Below are positions 1-10,236 of a DNA stretch of 64,000 nt, in pieces; the stretch's first letter is position 1; each line of letters begins with the position of its first letter. Position numbers and translations under genes: made by a program. The stretch covers positions 704,001-768,000 of the forward strand of contig CAWDML010000009.1 of assembly GCA_963803435.1 (NCBI GenBank). Reading direction: 5' to 3'. Below the pieces are notes generated by a model that saw only the letters and a program-made list of their open reading frames with translations, was not told where the DNA came from and did not search any database. Source of the stretch: an uncultured delta proteobacterium. GTDB lineage: Bacteria; Myxococcota; Kuafuiibacteriia; Kuafuiibacteriales; Kuafuiibacteriaceae.

Positions 1-370
1 TCGAGCGCCATCACCGCGTCGATCGGGACCTTCCGGTTCTTCCCGCCCAGGATCATGACGTCGACGTCGATCCGCGCCACGCTCGACGTCCGCGACAGGA
101 GCCGGAGCGTCGGCACGTAGTGCTGCTGCCGCTCGGTGAGCGTGAGGATGCCGTCGCCGTCGATGTCGAGCGGGCTGTTGTCGACCTTGGGACGCACGCC
201 TCGAGGCGCGCGATCCGCCGCGCTCGGATCGATGGCCTCCCAGCGCTCGCCCAGCCCATCGGCCTCCAGCCGGATCGCCAGCCCGTAGCCGCGATTACTG
301 TACGTGCCGTCCCGGCCGATCGATCCGACGTACCGCGGGCTGCCGCACGCCGCGAGCAGGAGCAGGAGCG

Positions 371-374
<4 letters not shown>
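1..374 (-). CDS. Putative lipoprotein, runs off the left edge of the window
   Basis: Manual translation from TTG at 374: MTLLLLLAACGSPRYVGSIGRDG...LDIDGDGILTLTE...; lipobox LAAC; TTGA overlap with the stop of the upstream ALDH gene; frame open to position 1. Confidence 0.65.
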
Positions 375-1849
<1,475 letters not shown>

Positions 1850-1852
1850 CGA

Positions 1853-2143
1853 CTAGTCCTTCGACCAGCGGATCGATCCTTCGACCTCGATCTGGTCGAC
1901 GATCGCCATCACCACGTGGTCCACCGGCCGGTCCTTGGTCTGCAGCGTCTGCCGCGCCGAGGATCCGGCCGCGTAGAGGATCAGCTCGCCCACGCCGGCG
2001 CCGACGGCGTCGGCCGCCACCAGGAGCGGACCGTTCGTGGTGCCGTCGAGGTCGGCGCCCTTGATCAAGAGGAGCTTGAGCCCTTCGAGCTCGGGATCCT
2101 TCTTGGTGGCGATGACCGTCCCGATGACCTTGCCGATGAGCAC
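1853..2143 (-). CDS. BMC vertex pentamer (EutN/CcmL family, BMC-P)
   Basis: MLIGKVIGTVIATKK...G.KLLL...VAADAVGAGVGE...GSSAR...PVD...AIVD. Confidence 0.95.
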   Translation of the reverse strand: MLIGKVIGTVIATKKDPELEGLKLLLIKGADLDGTTNGPLLVAADAVGAGVGELILYAAGSSARQTLQTKDRPVDHVVMAIVDQIEVEGSIRWSKD

Positions 2144-2154
2144 CGGACCTCCGG

Positions 2155-2469
2155 TTACTCGTTGCCCTTGAGCTGCGCGCGCGCTTGGACCGTGCGCCCG
2201 AGTGGGAGGGCGAGATCCACGTTGGCGTGCGGCCTCGGGATCACGTGCACGCTGACGAGCTCCCCCACGCGCTCCGCGCCGCGGGCTCCGGCCTCGACCG
2301 CGGCCTTCACGGCTGCCACGTCCCCGCGCACGATGGCCGTGACGAATCCGCCGCCGTAACCCTTCTCGTAGCCGACGAGCTCGACCTTGGCCGCCTTCAC
2401 CATCGCGTCGGCGGCTTCGACCATTCCCACGAACCCCTTGGTTTCAATGAGCCCCAGTGCGTCTGTCAT
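2155..2469 (-). CDS. BMC shell hexamer (BMC-H, PduA/EutM-like)
   Basis: [24 protein letters not shown]...[15 protein letters not shown]...VHVIPRPH. Confidence 0.96.
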   Translation of the reverse strand: MTDALGLIETKGFVGMVEAADAMVKAAKVELVGYEKGYGGGFVTAIVRGDVAAVKAAVEAGARGAERVGELVSVHVIPRPHANVDLALPLGRTVQARAQLKGNE

Positions 2470-2475
2470 ATCTCT

Positions 2476-3123
2476 CTAAGATTCTCCGCCAGAAGATCGC
2501 GTCTCGACTCCAGTGACGGCGGCGATCGCGGCCGTGGCGGCTTGTGCGGCCGAATCGATCTCCGACTCGGTTCCGGCGAGGTACAGGCGTCCGAAGGCGC
2601 CGAAAACGAGCACGTCGATCAGCTCGACGTTGGCGGCCTTCTCCGCCTCGTTGGCGGCGAGCGCCGCATAAGCAGCCGGCTCCGTCTCCATGATGAAGAG
2701 CGACTGGCCAGGCTTGATCATCGAGCCGAACCGGATCTTGTCGAGGATCATCGCGTGGTAGGGCTCGATCGAGCGGATCACGGTGTTCGAGACGACCCGC
2801 GGCACCATGCGGTCGCTTTCCGCCACACCCAGCTGCTCCAGGATGGCATGGCCGGCGGCCAGGACCTGACCCTTGTCCTCGTGGTGCACTTCGAGCATCC
2901 CGTACGAGCGTTCGACCACCAAAGTGGCAGGCTGCACACTTGTCGCCTTGAGGGCCCGGTCGATGAGCCGATGGATCTGCATACCCGGATGCACTTCGAC
3001 GAACAGAGAAGCCATGCCCGGGACGGGAAAGTAGCCGCGGCAGGTCGTGCAAATGTGGGACGTCAGCTGAGGCTGGAGGCTGTCCAGGAAGACGTAGGCC
3101 CTGAGTGATACGCCCTGAGCCAT
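2476..3123 (-). CDS. Tandem-domain BMC shell protein (BMC-T, CcmP / Haliangium BMC-T2-like)
   Basis: [57 protein letters not shown]; ATG at 3123 preferred to the longer ORF start. Confidence 0.92.
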   Translation of the reverse strand: MAQGVSLRAYVFLDSLQPQLTSHICTTCRGYFPVPGMASLFVEVHPGMQIHRLIDRALKATSVQPATLVVERSYGMLEVHHEDKGQVLAAGHAILEQLGVAESDRMVPRVVSNTVIRSIEPYHAMILDKIRFGSMIKPGQSLFIMETEPAAYAALAANEAEKAANVELIDVLVFGAFGRLYLAGTESEIDSAAQAATAAIAAVTGVETRSSGGES

Positions 3124-3381
3124 ATAACGGGGCGCGTGTAACCCGATTCCGATCTGAGCGCGAGGCATTTTTTGTGTGGAACCCAGTGTTTCGACACCAT
3201 GTAGTTGTCACAACCACATGCTGGCGGGGCACCCATGACGAGAAGGAGGCGGGTCGACTCAGGTGATCCCGATGAAACCCATCGGCCCTCTGGCGCGTTC
3301 AACTAGTAGAGACGGGAACGCGGGGAGGACGATAATCAGGACCAAGACCTGACTCGAGCTGCCCGAAGAAGGGAACAACGG

Positions 3382-3597
3382 ATGCTAGACGCCTACATCA
3401 TTGAAAAGATCAGGCAGGAAGAGCTGGAGCGTCGGCACCAGCAGGACGAAGGGCGTCGGATCTGGCTCGAGCTTCCCAAGCCCACCTGGGAGGACCCCAA
3501 GCAGCCCGAGGCCGAGGGTGCCCCTGAAGACCCGGCGGACCGGGGCACGATCGTCATTCCGCTCTACCCCGAGGAGGTGGAGGACGACGCGGCCTGA
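3382..3597 (+). CDS. Small acidic hypothetical protein
   Basis: Purine-rich RBS-like GAAGGGA upstream, ATG start, followed by an intrinsic terminator. Confidence 0.75.
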   Translation: MLDAYIIEKIRQEELERRHQQDEGRRIWLELPKPTWEDPKQPEAEGAPEDPADRGTIVIPLYPEEVEDDAA

Positions 3598-3620
3598 CGC
3601 GCTGATCGACCTGCGAGCGG

Positions 3621-3654
3621 AAAGGCGGCGCGCCCAGTGGCGGCCGCCTTTTTT
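3621..3654 (+). terminator. Rho-independent terminator
   Basis: AAAGGCGGC...GCCGCCTTT stem followed by a T tract. Confidence 0.8.
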
Positions 3655-3697
3655 CGTTCCTTGACCCCAGCGGATCCGCCGAAAAACCTCTCGCATC

Positions 3698-4336
<639 letters not shown>

Positions 4337-4339
4337 ACG

Positions 4340-4765
4340 ATGGCCGGCGGCTCCCAGAACGACGACGACGAGCCGATCACGTCGATCAACATCATCCCGC
4401 TGGTCGACATCGTCCTGGTGGTGCTGATCATCTTCATGGTGACCGCGAGCTACATCGTCACGCCTGCCATCGAGGTCGAGCTTCCCAAGGCTACGACCGG
4501 CGAGCCCAAGGCGAACACGCTCCTGTCGCTGGTCCTGACGCGCGAGGGCGATCTCTTCCTCAACAACAAGAAGATCGACGACGCCGCGCTGCGCGCCTAT
4601 ATCCGCAGCAACCGCGAAGGTCACGACCTCGAGGCGATCATCGCCGCCGACGCCAGCGTCTCGCACGGTCGGGTGGTCGCGCTGATCGATCTGGTCAAGT
4701 CCGAGGGCGTGCGCAAGTTCGCGTTGAACACCGAGCACGTCTTCTCGAGCGGTGAGGTGAAGTGA
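4340..4765 (+). CDS. exbD: ExbD/TolR biopolymer transport protein
   Basis: INIIPLVDIVLVVLIIFMVT, IAADASVSHGRVV. Confidence 0.9.
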   Translation: MAGGSQNDDDEPITSINIIPLVDIVLVVLIIFMVTASYIVTPAIEVELPKATTGEPKANTLLSLVLTREGDLFLNNKKIDDAALRAYIRSNREGHDLEAIIAADASVSHGRVVALIDLVKSEGVRKFALNTEHVFSSGEVK

Positions 4766-5538
4766 GCCGGCCGCCGATGCGCTCGCGGCGCGTCTCGCTG
4801 ATGGCGCTCGTCGCGAGCGTGCTCCTCCACTGCACGCTGCTGTACGGCATGAGCCGCCTGCCGCCGGCGCCCGAGGCGAAGTCGTCGACAATCGTCGAGA
4901 TGCGCCTGACGCAGCCGGAGCCGGCGCCACCGCCGCCGCCCCCCGAGGAGGAGGTCATTCCGCCGCCGGAGGTCACGCCCAAGAGGGTGAAGGTCCGGAC
5001 CGCCGAGCGGATCGTGAAGGATGCGCCGGCCCCGGCGCCCAAGACGGCGCCGCCGCCCCCGCCGCGCTTCTCATTCTCGGTCGACATGGCGTCGACCGTG
5101 GAGAGCGGCAACGTCGCGGTCCCCGCCGTGGACGGTGGAGGCAACATGTTCGCCGACCCGGAGAAGGACGGGGCGCTGCCCACCGGGAAGGTCACGGCGC
5201 CTCAGCCTCCGCCCGCAGGCACCGGTCGCGACGGGCCGCCGGACGGCTACCAGATCACCGACGAGCCCAAGTTCCTCACGCCGGAGTCCGAACGCGCACC
5301 GCCGTACCCGGAGGCCGCGCGCTCCCAGGAGCTACAGGGCACGGTCCTCCTCCGCGTCTACGTCGGCGAGGATGGGCGGGTGCAGACGGTGAAGGTGCTC
5401 GAGCCCCTCGCCGGCGGCTGCACCGAGGCGGCGGTCCGCTGGGCGCAGAGGAAGTGGCGCTTCGAGCCGGCCCGCGCGGGGCGAACGCCGGTCGGCATGT
5501 GGATCACGGTGCCGGTCCGTTTCGTGCTCGAGCGCTGA
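4762..5538 (+). CDS. tonB: TonB family energy transducer
   Basis: N-terminal TM helix with SxxxH, Pro-rich linker, C-terminal PPYPEAAR..GTVLLRVYV..WRFEPA. Confidence 0.88.
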   Translation: MSRPPMRSRRVSLMALVASVLLHCTLLYGMSRLPPAPEAKSSTIVEMRLTQPEPAPPPPPPEEEVIPPPEVTPKRVKVRTAERIVKDAPAPAPKTAPPPPPRFSFSVDMASTVESGNVAVPAVDGGGNMFADPEKDGALPTGKVTAPQPPPAGTGRDGPPDGYQITDEPKFLTPESERAPPYPEAARSQELQGTVLLRVYVGEDGRVQTVKVLEPLAGGCTEAAVRWAQRKWRFEPARAGRTPVGMWITVPVRFVLER

Positions 5539-5542
5539 CCGC

Positions 5543-6916
5543 TCACTCCCGGCGGCCGCGGAGGCGCTGGTAGGCGTTGCGGAGCGGATCGATCAGCCCG
5601 GTCAGCTCGAGCCGGAGCTTGGCCGGGTGGTGGCGGCCCGAGAGGGTGAGCATCTTGCCGTCGCGTCGATGGACCAGGAACCGATCGCGGCCGACCGGGT
5701 TCACCGCAGCCTGGGTGGTCATGACGGCCCGGAAGCGCGCGCGGAGCTCGTGCTCGCTGAGAGGGCCGAGCACGCCGCGAGGGAGCGCGGCGGTGGGGTG
5801 GGGGTGCGGACCGAGCCGCGCGTCGAGATCGTCCAGGCTCCCGAAGAGCTCCGAGGCGGCGGTGGGATGGTCGAGCGCGTCGAGGACCACGTGATTACGT
5901 GTGTGGGCCCCGAAAGAGACTCCGGCGGCCTGCATGCTCGAGACTTCGTCCCAGGTCAGCATGGTCCGCGGCGGGTCGAGATCCTCGACCAGAGTTCCTG
6001 CAAGCTGGCTTGCGTTCTCCCGGGCGGCTTCGTCGGCGCGGTTGAGGTCGGAGATCACGCCGCTGATGACGCTGCGGGCCTCCTCGAAGGTCTCCGAGCG
6101 CGTCAGTTGGTAGGCGCGATCGGGGAGGCCGTCCGGGAGCGCCGTGCGACGGCCGCTCTTCCACCAGGCGAACAGCCCCAGGCAGACCCAATCCCACCAG
6201 AGGGCGTCGGGGTGGCCGATCAGCCGCGTCACCACGTAGACGCAGGCCGGAGCCGAGAACCGCTGGAGGATCGGGAGCGCAACGCGAAAGTTGTCCTCGT
6301 AGCCGTCGTCGAAGGTGATGGCGACCTTGCCCTCCGCCGGCGTCTCGTCAATCGACTCGATGGGCGCGAAGCCGCGGCGCTGCGCGATCGCATCGAGCTG
6401 GGCCTCGAAGGTCGGTGCCCCCAGCGCCATCTGCGGGCGCCCGTACGTGCGGAGCTCGGCCAGCGGGAGGACGCGGTGATAGTTGACCACGTTGACCCCG
6501 CGCGAGGCGGTCAGGCGCTCGAGGAGCCCGAGCGTGCCGCTGAGCTCCGCGACGTCGAGCAGGGCCGAGGTGATCGCTTCGCCGGTGGCCCTCCAGAGCG
6601 GCCGTCGCCGCGGCTCATTGAGCAGCCGGTCGATCAGACCAGCGTCGTCGATCCGTCCGATCCGATCCGGATCGGCGCCGAGCGCCACCGCAGCGCGCTC
6701 TTCCGCGTCGTCGCCCACGATCGTGAGGTCGACCAGCGCGAAGGCGGCCCTCAGGAGCGCAGCCTTCGCGCGGGATGGTGCCTCGGTCTCGTGGTGGCGA
6801 AGCGCAACCCGATCGCAGCGGCGCGCCTCGACAAAGACGCGCTCGGGACGGTCCGAGGTGATCAACGCGATCTTCGCGCCGGTGGCGCCCAGGCGGGCTT
6901 CGAGGTCCGTGCTCAC
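5543..6916 (-). CDS. Polysaccharide deacetylase (CE4/NodB) with extra N-terminal region
   Basis: VVNYHRV, AITFDDGY, LTWDEV..M..AGVSFGAHTRNH. Confidence 0.85.
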   Translation of the reverse strand: MSTDLEARLGATGAKIALITSDRPERVFVEARRCDRVALRHHETEAPSRAKAALLRAAFALVDLTIVGDDAEERAAVALGADPDRIGRIDDAGLIDRLLNEPRRRPLWRATGEAITSALLDVAELSGTLGLLERLTASRGVNVVNYHRVLPLAELRTYGRPQMALGAPTFEAQLDAIAQRRGFAPIESIDETPAEGKVAITFDDGYEDNFRVALPILQRFSAPACVYVVTRLIGHPDALWWDWVCLGLFAWWKSGRRTALPDGLPDRAYQLTRSETFEEARSVISGVISDLNRADEAARENASQLAGTLVEDLDPPRTMLTWDEVSSMQAAGVSFGAHTRNHVVLDALDHPTAASELFGSLDDLDARLGPHPHPTAALPRGVLGPLSEHELRARFRAVMTTQAAVNPVGRDRFLVHRRDGKMLTLSGRHHPAKLRLELTGLIDPLRNAYQRLRGRRE

Positions 6917-7476
6917 GGCTTCACCACGATCAGCTCGCGGCCGGTGACGACCGCGTCGACCCGTTGATCATGGCTCTCCACGGGCAGATGATCCACGAGC
7001 TGGCAGGCCAGGGCGAAGCCGATCGCGCGGCTCGATCCCCGACCGGCCAGCACCCGGTCGTAGTAGCCTTTGCCGTAGCCGAGGCGGTCCCCCGCCCGCG
7101 TGAAGCCGAGGCCGGGCACCACGTACACGTCCACCGCGGTGGCGGTGGGCTCCCCCGGGGCAGGCTCGCGGATGTTCCAGGGGGGCCTGGGGAGGAGCGC
7201 GTCGCCGCGGGCCAGGTGAAAGGCGAGGTCGCCGCCGGCGTCCACCCGCGGGTACGCGATCGCGACGCCCCGCGCGGCGAGCACCGCCTCGAGCCGAGAG
7301 GGATCGGCCTCTTCGCTCATCGGCGCGAAGAGCGCGACCGAGCGGGCGCCTTCGAGAAGCCCGCTCACGAGCAGCGCCTGGACCGCCGCCTCGCTCTCGA
7401 TCGCACGCTCTTCTGGGGAAACGGCCGCCCGCGCCGCCTTCAACTCGGCGCGGGCGCGTGCCTTGAGATCAAACAA
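6913..7476 (-). CDS. ygfA: 5-formyltetrahydrofolate cyclo-ligase
   Basis: VVPGLGF...RLGYGKGYYDR, LPVESHDQRVD; located downstream of zapA-6S RNA. Confidence 0.92.
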   Translation of the reverse strand: MFDLKARARAELKAARAAVSPEERAIESEAAVQALLVSGLLEGARSVALFAPMSEEADPSRLEAVLAARGVAIAYPRVDAGGDLAFHLARGDALLPRPPWNIREPAPGEPTATAVDVYVVPGLGFTRAGDRLGYGKGYYDRVLAGRGSSRAIGFALACQLVDHLPVESHDQRVDAVVTGRELIVVKP

Positions 7477-7486
7477 ACGAGAAAAA

Positions 7487-7676
7487 AACCCCCGCCTCGG
7501 CCGTGTGTGACGACTCGCCGGAACCTGCCTCAGCAGGTGGGCGACGTGACCCCGACCCCCGACCTCTGTCCAGCTTGGCGACAGTCCGTGCGGTGCCGGG
7601 AGGAACGTCTCCCGTTATAAGTGACATCGGTTCTCGGACTTGAAGAGTCGGCCCATCACGAACCGTGCAGGGGAGA
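7487..7676 (-). ncRNA. ssrS: 6S RNA
   Basis: ~190-nt gap between zapA and ygfA (conserved 6S position); terminal pairing CCCCTGC/GCGGGG; conserved-looking GTTCG, GAACC and AGGTTC blocks; 3' T tract; ends approximate. Confidence 0.85.
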
Positions 7677-7692
7677 GTGGTGCTCGAGGTCG

Positions 7693-8019
7693 TCACCGCG
7701 CCGGCTCCGGCTCCAGGTCCTGCGCCATGGCGTCGATCGCGCCCAGGAGCTTGAGCGATCGATCGCGGACCTTACGGCGGAGCGAGCGGTTCTTCTGGCG
7801 CTCTTCGAAGAGCTCCTCGGCGATGTTGAGCGCGGCGAGCAAGGCAATCTGGTCGGCCTGAACGCGCTTGGAGGTGTCTCGGATCTCCTCCAGGCGTCGA
7901 TTCACGAAGGCCACGATGTCCCGAACCCTCGCTTCGTCGTTGTCGGACACGACGGTGAAGCGCTGCCCGAACAGCTCGAGGTTCAGCGAGCGTTTGTTGG
8001 CAGGACCCGTCGCCTCCAC
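7693..8019 (-). CDS. zapA: Cell division protein ZapA
   Basis: LELFGQRFTV...VRDIVAFVNRRL...ALLAALNIAEEL. Confidence 0.9.
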   Translation of the reverse strand: MEATGPANKRSLNLELFGQRFTVVSDNDEARVRDIVAFVNRRLEEIRDTSKRVQADQIALLAALNIAEELFEERQKNRSLRRKVRDRSLKLLGAIDAMAQDLEPEPAR

Positions 8020-8113
8020 AGCGTTCGATGGTAGAGGTGGTCCTGGGATCGGTCAATGGCTCGCACCGGCGCAAACCGCGAAAGCGAGCGTCGAAAGACC
8101 GGGAACCACCTCT

Positions 8114-9235
8114 TTACTTTTCGGCGGTGTTCGTGCCGGGCTCCTCTGCAAAGAGCGCGTCGACGAATTCGTGCGGCTCGAAGTCTCTGAGGTCCTCGAC
8201 CTTCTCGCCGATGCCGACGAAGCGCACCGGTAGGGCGAGATCGTCGCAGATCGCGACCACGACGCCGCCTTTTGCGGTGCCGTCGAGCTTCGTCAGCGCG
8301 AGCGAGTTGACCTCGACCGCCTCCTTGAACTGCTTCGCCTGCGAGATCGCGTTCTGTCCGGTGGTGGCGTCGAGGACCATCAACACCTCGTGCGGCGCGC
8401 CGTCGTGCGCCTTCTGCATCACGCGACGGAGCTTCTTGAGCTCCTCCATCAGGTTGACCTTCGTGTGCAGCCGGCCGGCCGTGTCGCAGATGCAGACGTC
8501 CGCATCGATCGACTTGGCGCGCTGGATCGCGTCGAACACCACGGCGCTCGGATCCTGCTTCTCGGATCCCTTCACCACCTCGGCGTTCGCGCGCTGGCCC
8601 CAGACCTCGAGCTGCTCCACCGCCGCCGCGCGGAAAGTGTCGCCGGCGGCGAGCACCACCTTCTTGCCCTCGCGCGTGAGACGCGCCGCCAGCTTCCCAA
8701 TGGTCGTGGTCTTGCCGACGCCGTTCACGCCGATCACCATCATGACGGTCGGCTTCTGGTTCCAGTCGATCGGCCGGGTCTCGATGTCGATGATCTCGGT
8801 GATCTTCTCCCGCAGCCGGTCGCGCACCGCGCCCGCGTCCTTGATCTCCTTCCGCGAGAGCTGCGCCTTGAGATCGCCAAGGAGCCGCTCGGTGGTGCGG
8901 ATGCCGATGTCGGAGGTGACCATCAGCGCTTCCAGCTCGTCGACCAGCGCCTCGTCGAAGGTCGAGCGGAAGAGGAGGCCGTTGAGCCGGGCCATGAAGC
9001 CCTTGCGGGTCTTCTCCAGACCGCGCTGCATCGGCCGCCCGGCCGCCTCGACCGGCGGCGTGGGCGCGGCGCCTTCGACCTCATCGGCCAGCGCCTGGGC
9101 CTCGGCGTCATCGAGGGCGTCGGCCTCCGTGCGCTTGCCGCTCACCATCTTGCGGATGGCGAGGACAATCAGGATCAGGACGAACAGACCCACTGCCGCA
9201 ACCGCAATCAGCCCCGGGTCCAGGTTCTCGGGCAT
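8114..9235 (-). CDS. ftsY: SRP receptor FtsY with N-terminal TM helix
   Basis: [48 protein letters not shown]; ATG at 9235. Confidence 0.96.
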   Translation of the reverse strand: MPENLDPGLIAVAAVGLFVLILIVLAIRKMVSGKRTEADALDDAEAQALADEVEGAAPTPPVEAAGRPMQRGLEKTRKGFMARLNGLLFRSTFDEALVDELEALMVTSDIGIRTTERLLGDLKAQLSRKEIKDAGAVRDRLREKITEIIDIETRPIDWNQKPTVMMVIGVNGVGKTTTIGKLAARLTREGKKVVLAAGDTFRAAAVEQLEVWGQRANAEVVKGSEKQDPSAVVFDAIQRAKSIDADVCICDTAGRLHTKVNLMEELKKLRRVMQKAHDGAPHEVLMVLDATTGQNAISQAKQFKEAVEVNSLALTKLDGTAKGGVVVAICDDLALPVRFVGIGEKVEDLRDFEPHEFVDALFAEEPGTNTAEK

Positions 9236-9267
9236 GCGGGCGTGGGTAGCCGCCGTCGCGAGGGCGG

Positions 9268-10223
9268 TCAACGGCGCCGAGGCACCAGGCCCAGCAGGAG
9301 CAAGAGCGGCAGGAACCCACCGCCCGAGGGGCCGGTCGCGGAGCATCCCTCGTCGGGCAAATCGGCGGGCATCAAGGGTCCCGACGGTTCGGGCGTCGCG
9401 GTCGCCGTGTACGCGTCGGTGCACCCCGGGCCAATCAGGAGCGCCCCGTCGCTGGGATAGCGCGCCTCGTCGCCGTCGGCGTCGACGGCTCGGTAGTAGA
9501 GCTCGACGCAGTCACGCAGCGGATCGATCGTCGCCGAGAGGGTCTCGTTGCCGTCCCGCCCCGCCTCTCGCGTCATCGGGACGCTTCGGAGGTCGACGAT
9601 CGCCTCGAAGGTCCCCGGCGCCCGGCCCTTCGGAATCCCAGAAGTTCGCCAGGAGCTCGCCGGCCTCCGCGTCGAAGGCCCCCGCCGGGATCATCGGGAT
9701 CTTCGCGCCGCCGACGGCCCCGAAGTCCTGCACGAACCAGAATCTCGCTCGCGCTCTCGGAGGTGCCGGTGCCGAGGTGCGTCCACTCGGGCCGGAGGAT
9801 GTTCGTGCGGTGGCCCTCCGAGTTCATCCACGCCGTCATGCCCGTGCGCGCGCTCTTGTCGCCGAACGAGGTGTAGATGTTTTCGCCGGCCGCGCCCCCG
9901 CTGAAGTAGCGCGAGACCCGGGACTCGAAGCTGGTGCCGTCGCAGCTCTCGTGCTGGAAGCACCCGTGGGCCTTCATGTCGTCGGCGTGAAAGCGCGCCG
10001 CTGAACCGAGGCCGACCTGGTGCGCGAGCGGCGGCCGGGGCTCGCCCGTCGCCAGGCTCGTGTCCCAACCCGGCCAGTCGTGCGGTGCCTGCCGGATCTG
10101 GTTGGTGAGGACGTGGAGGAGACGCTCGTGGGAGTCCGGGACCCCGTCCTCGTCGGGTTCGCCGTAGGCGAAGGCGCGGCCCGGGAGGAGGGCGGCGGCC
10201 AGGAGGAGGAGCCCGAAGCGCAT
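9268..10223 (-). CDS. Secreted CAP/SCP-domain protein with MYXO-CTERM sorting signal; two apparent +1 frameshifts
   Basis: Signal peptide; AARFHADDM, GENI, WMNSEGHRTNIL; C-terminal GCSATGPSGGGFLPLLLLLGLVPRRR; a single 318-codon ORF results if GAATC at 9633 and 9740 are read as GATC. Confidence 0.8.
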
Positions 10224-10236
10224 CGACCGGAAATTC

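Noticed and set aside
3180-3225. NrdR-like or other operator upstream of the BMC operon (ACACCATGTAGTTGT, CCACATGCTG)
   Set aside because: Weak match with no properly spaced second box; a regulator site cannot be supported by eye.
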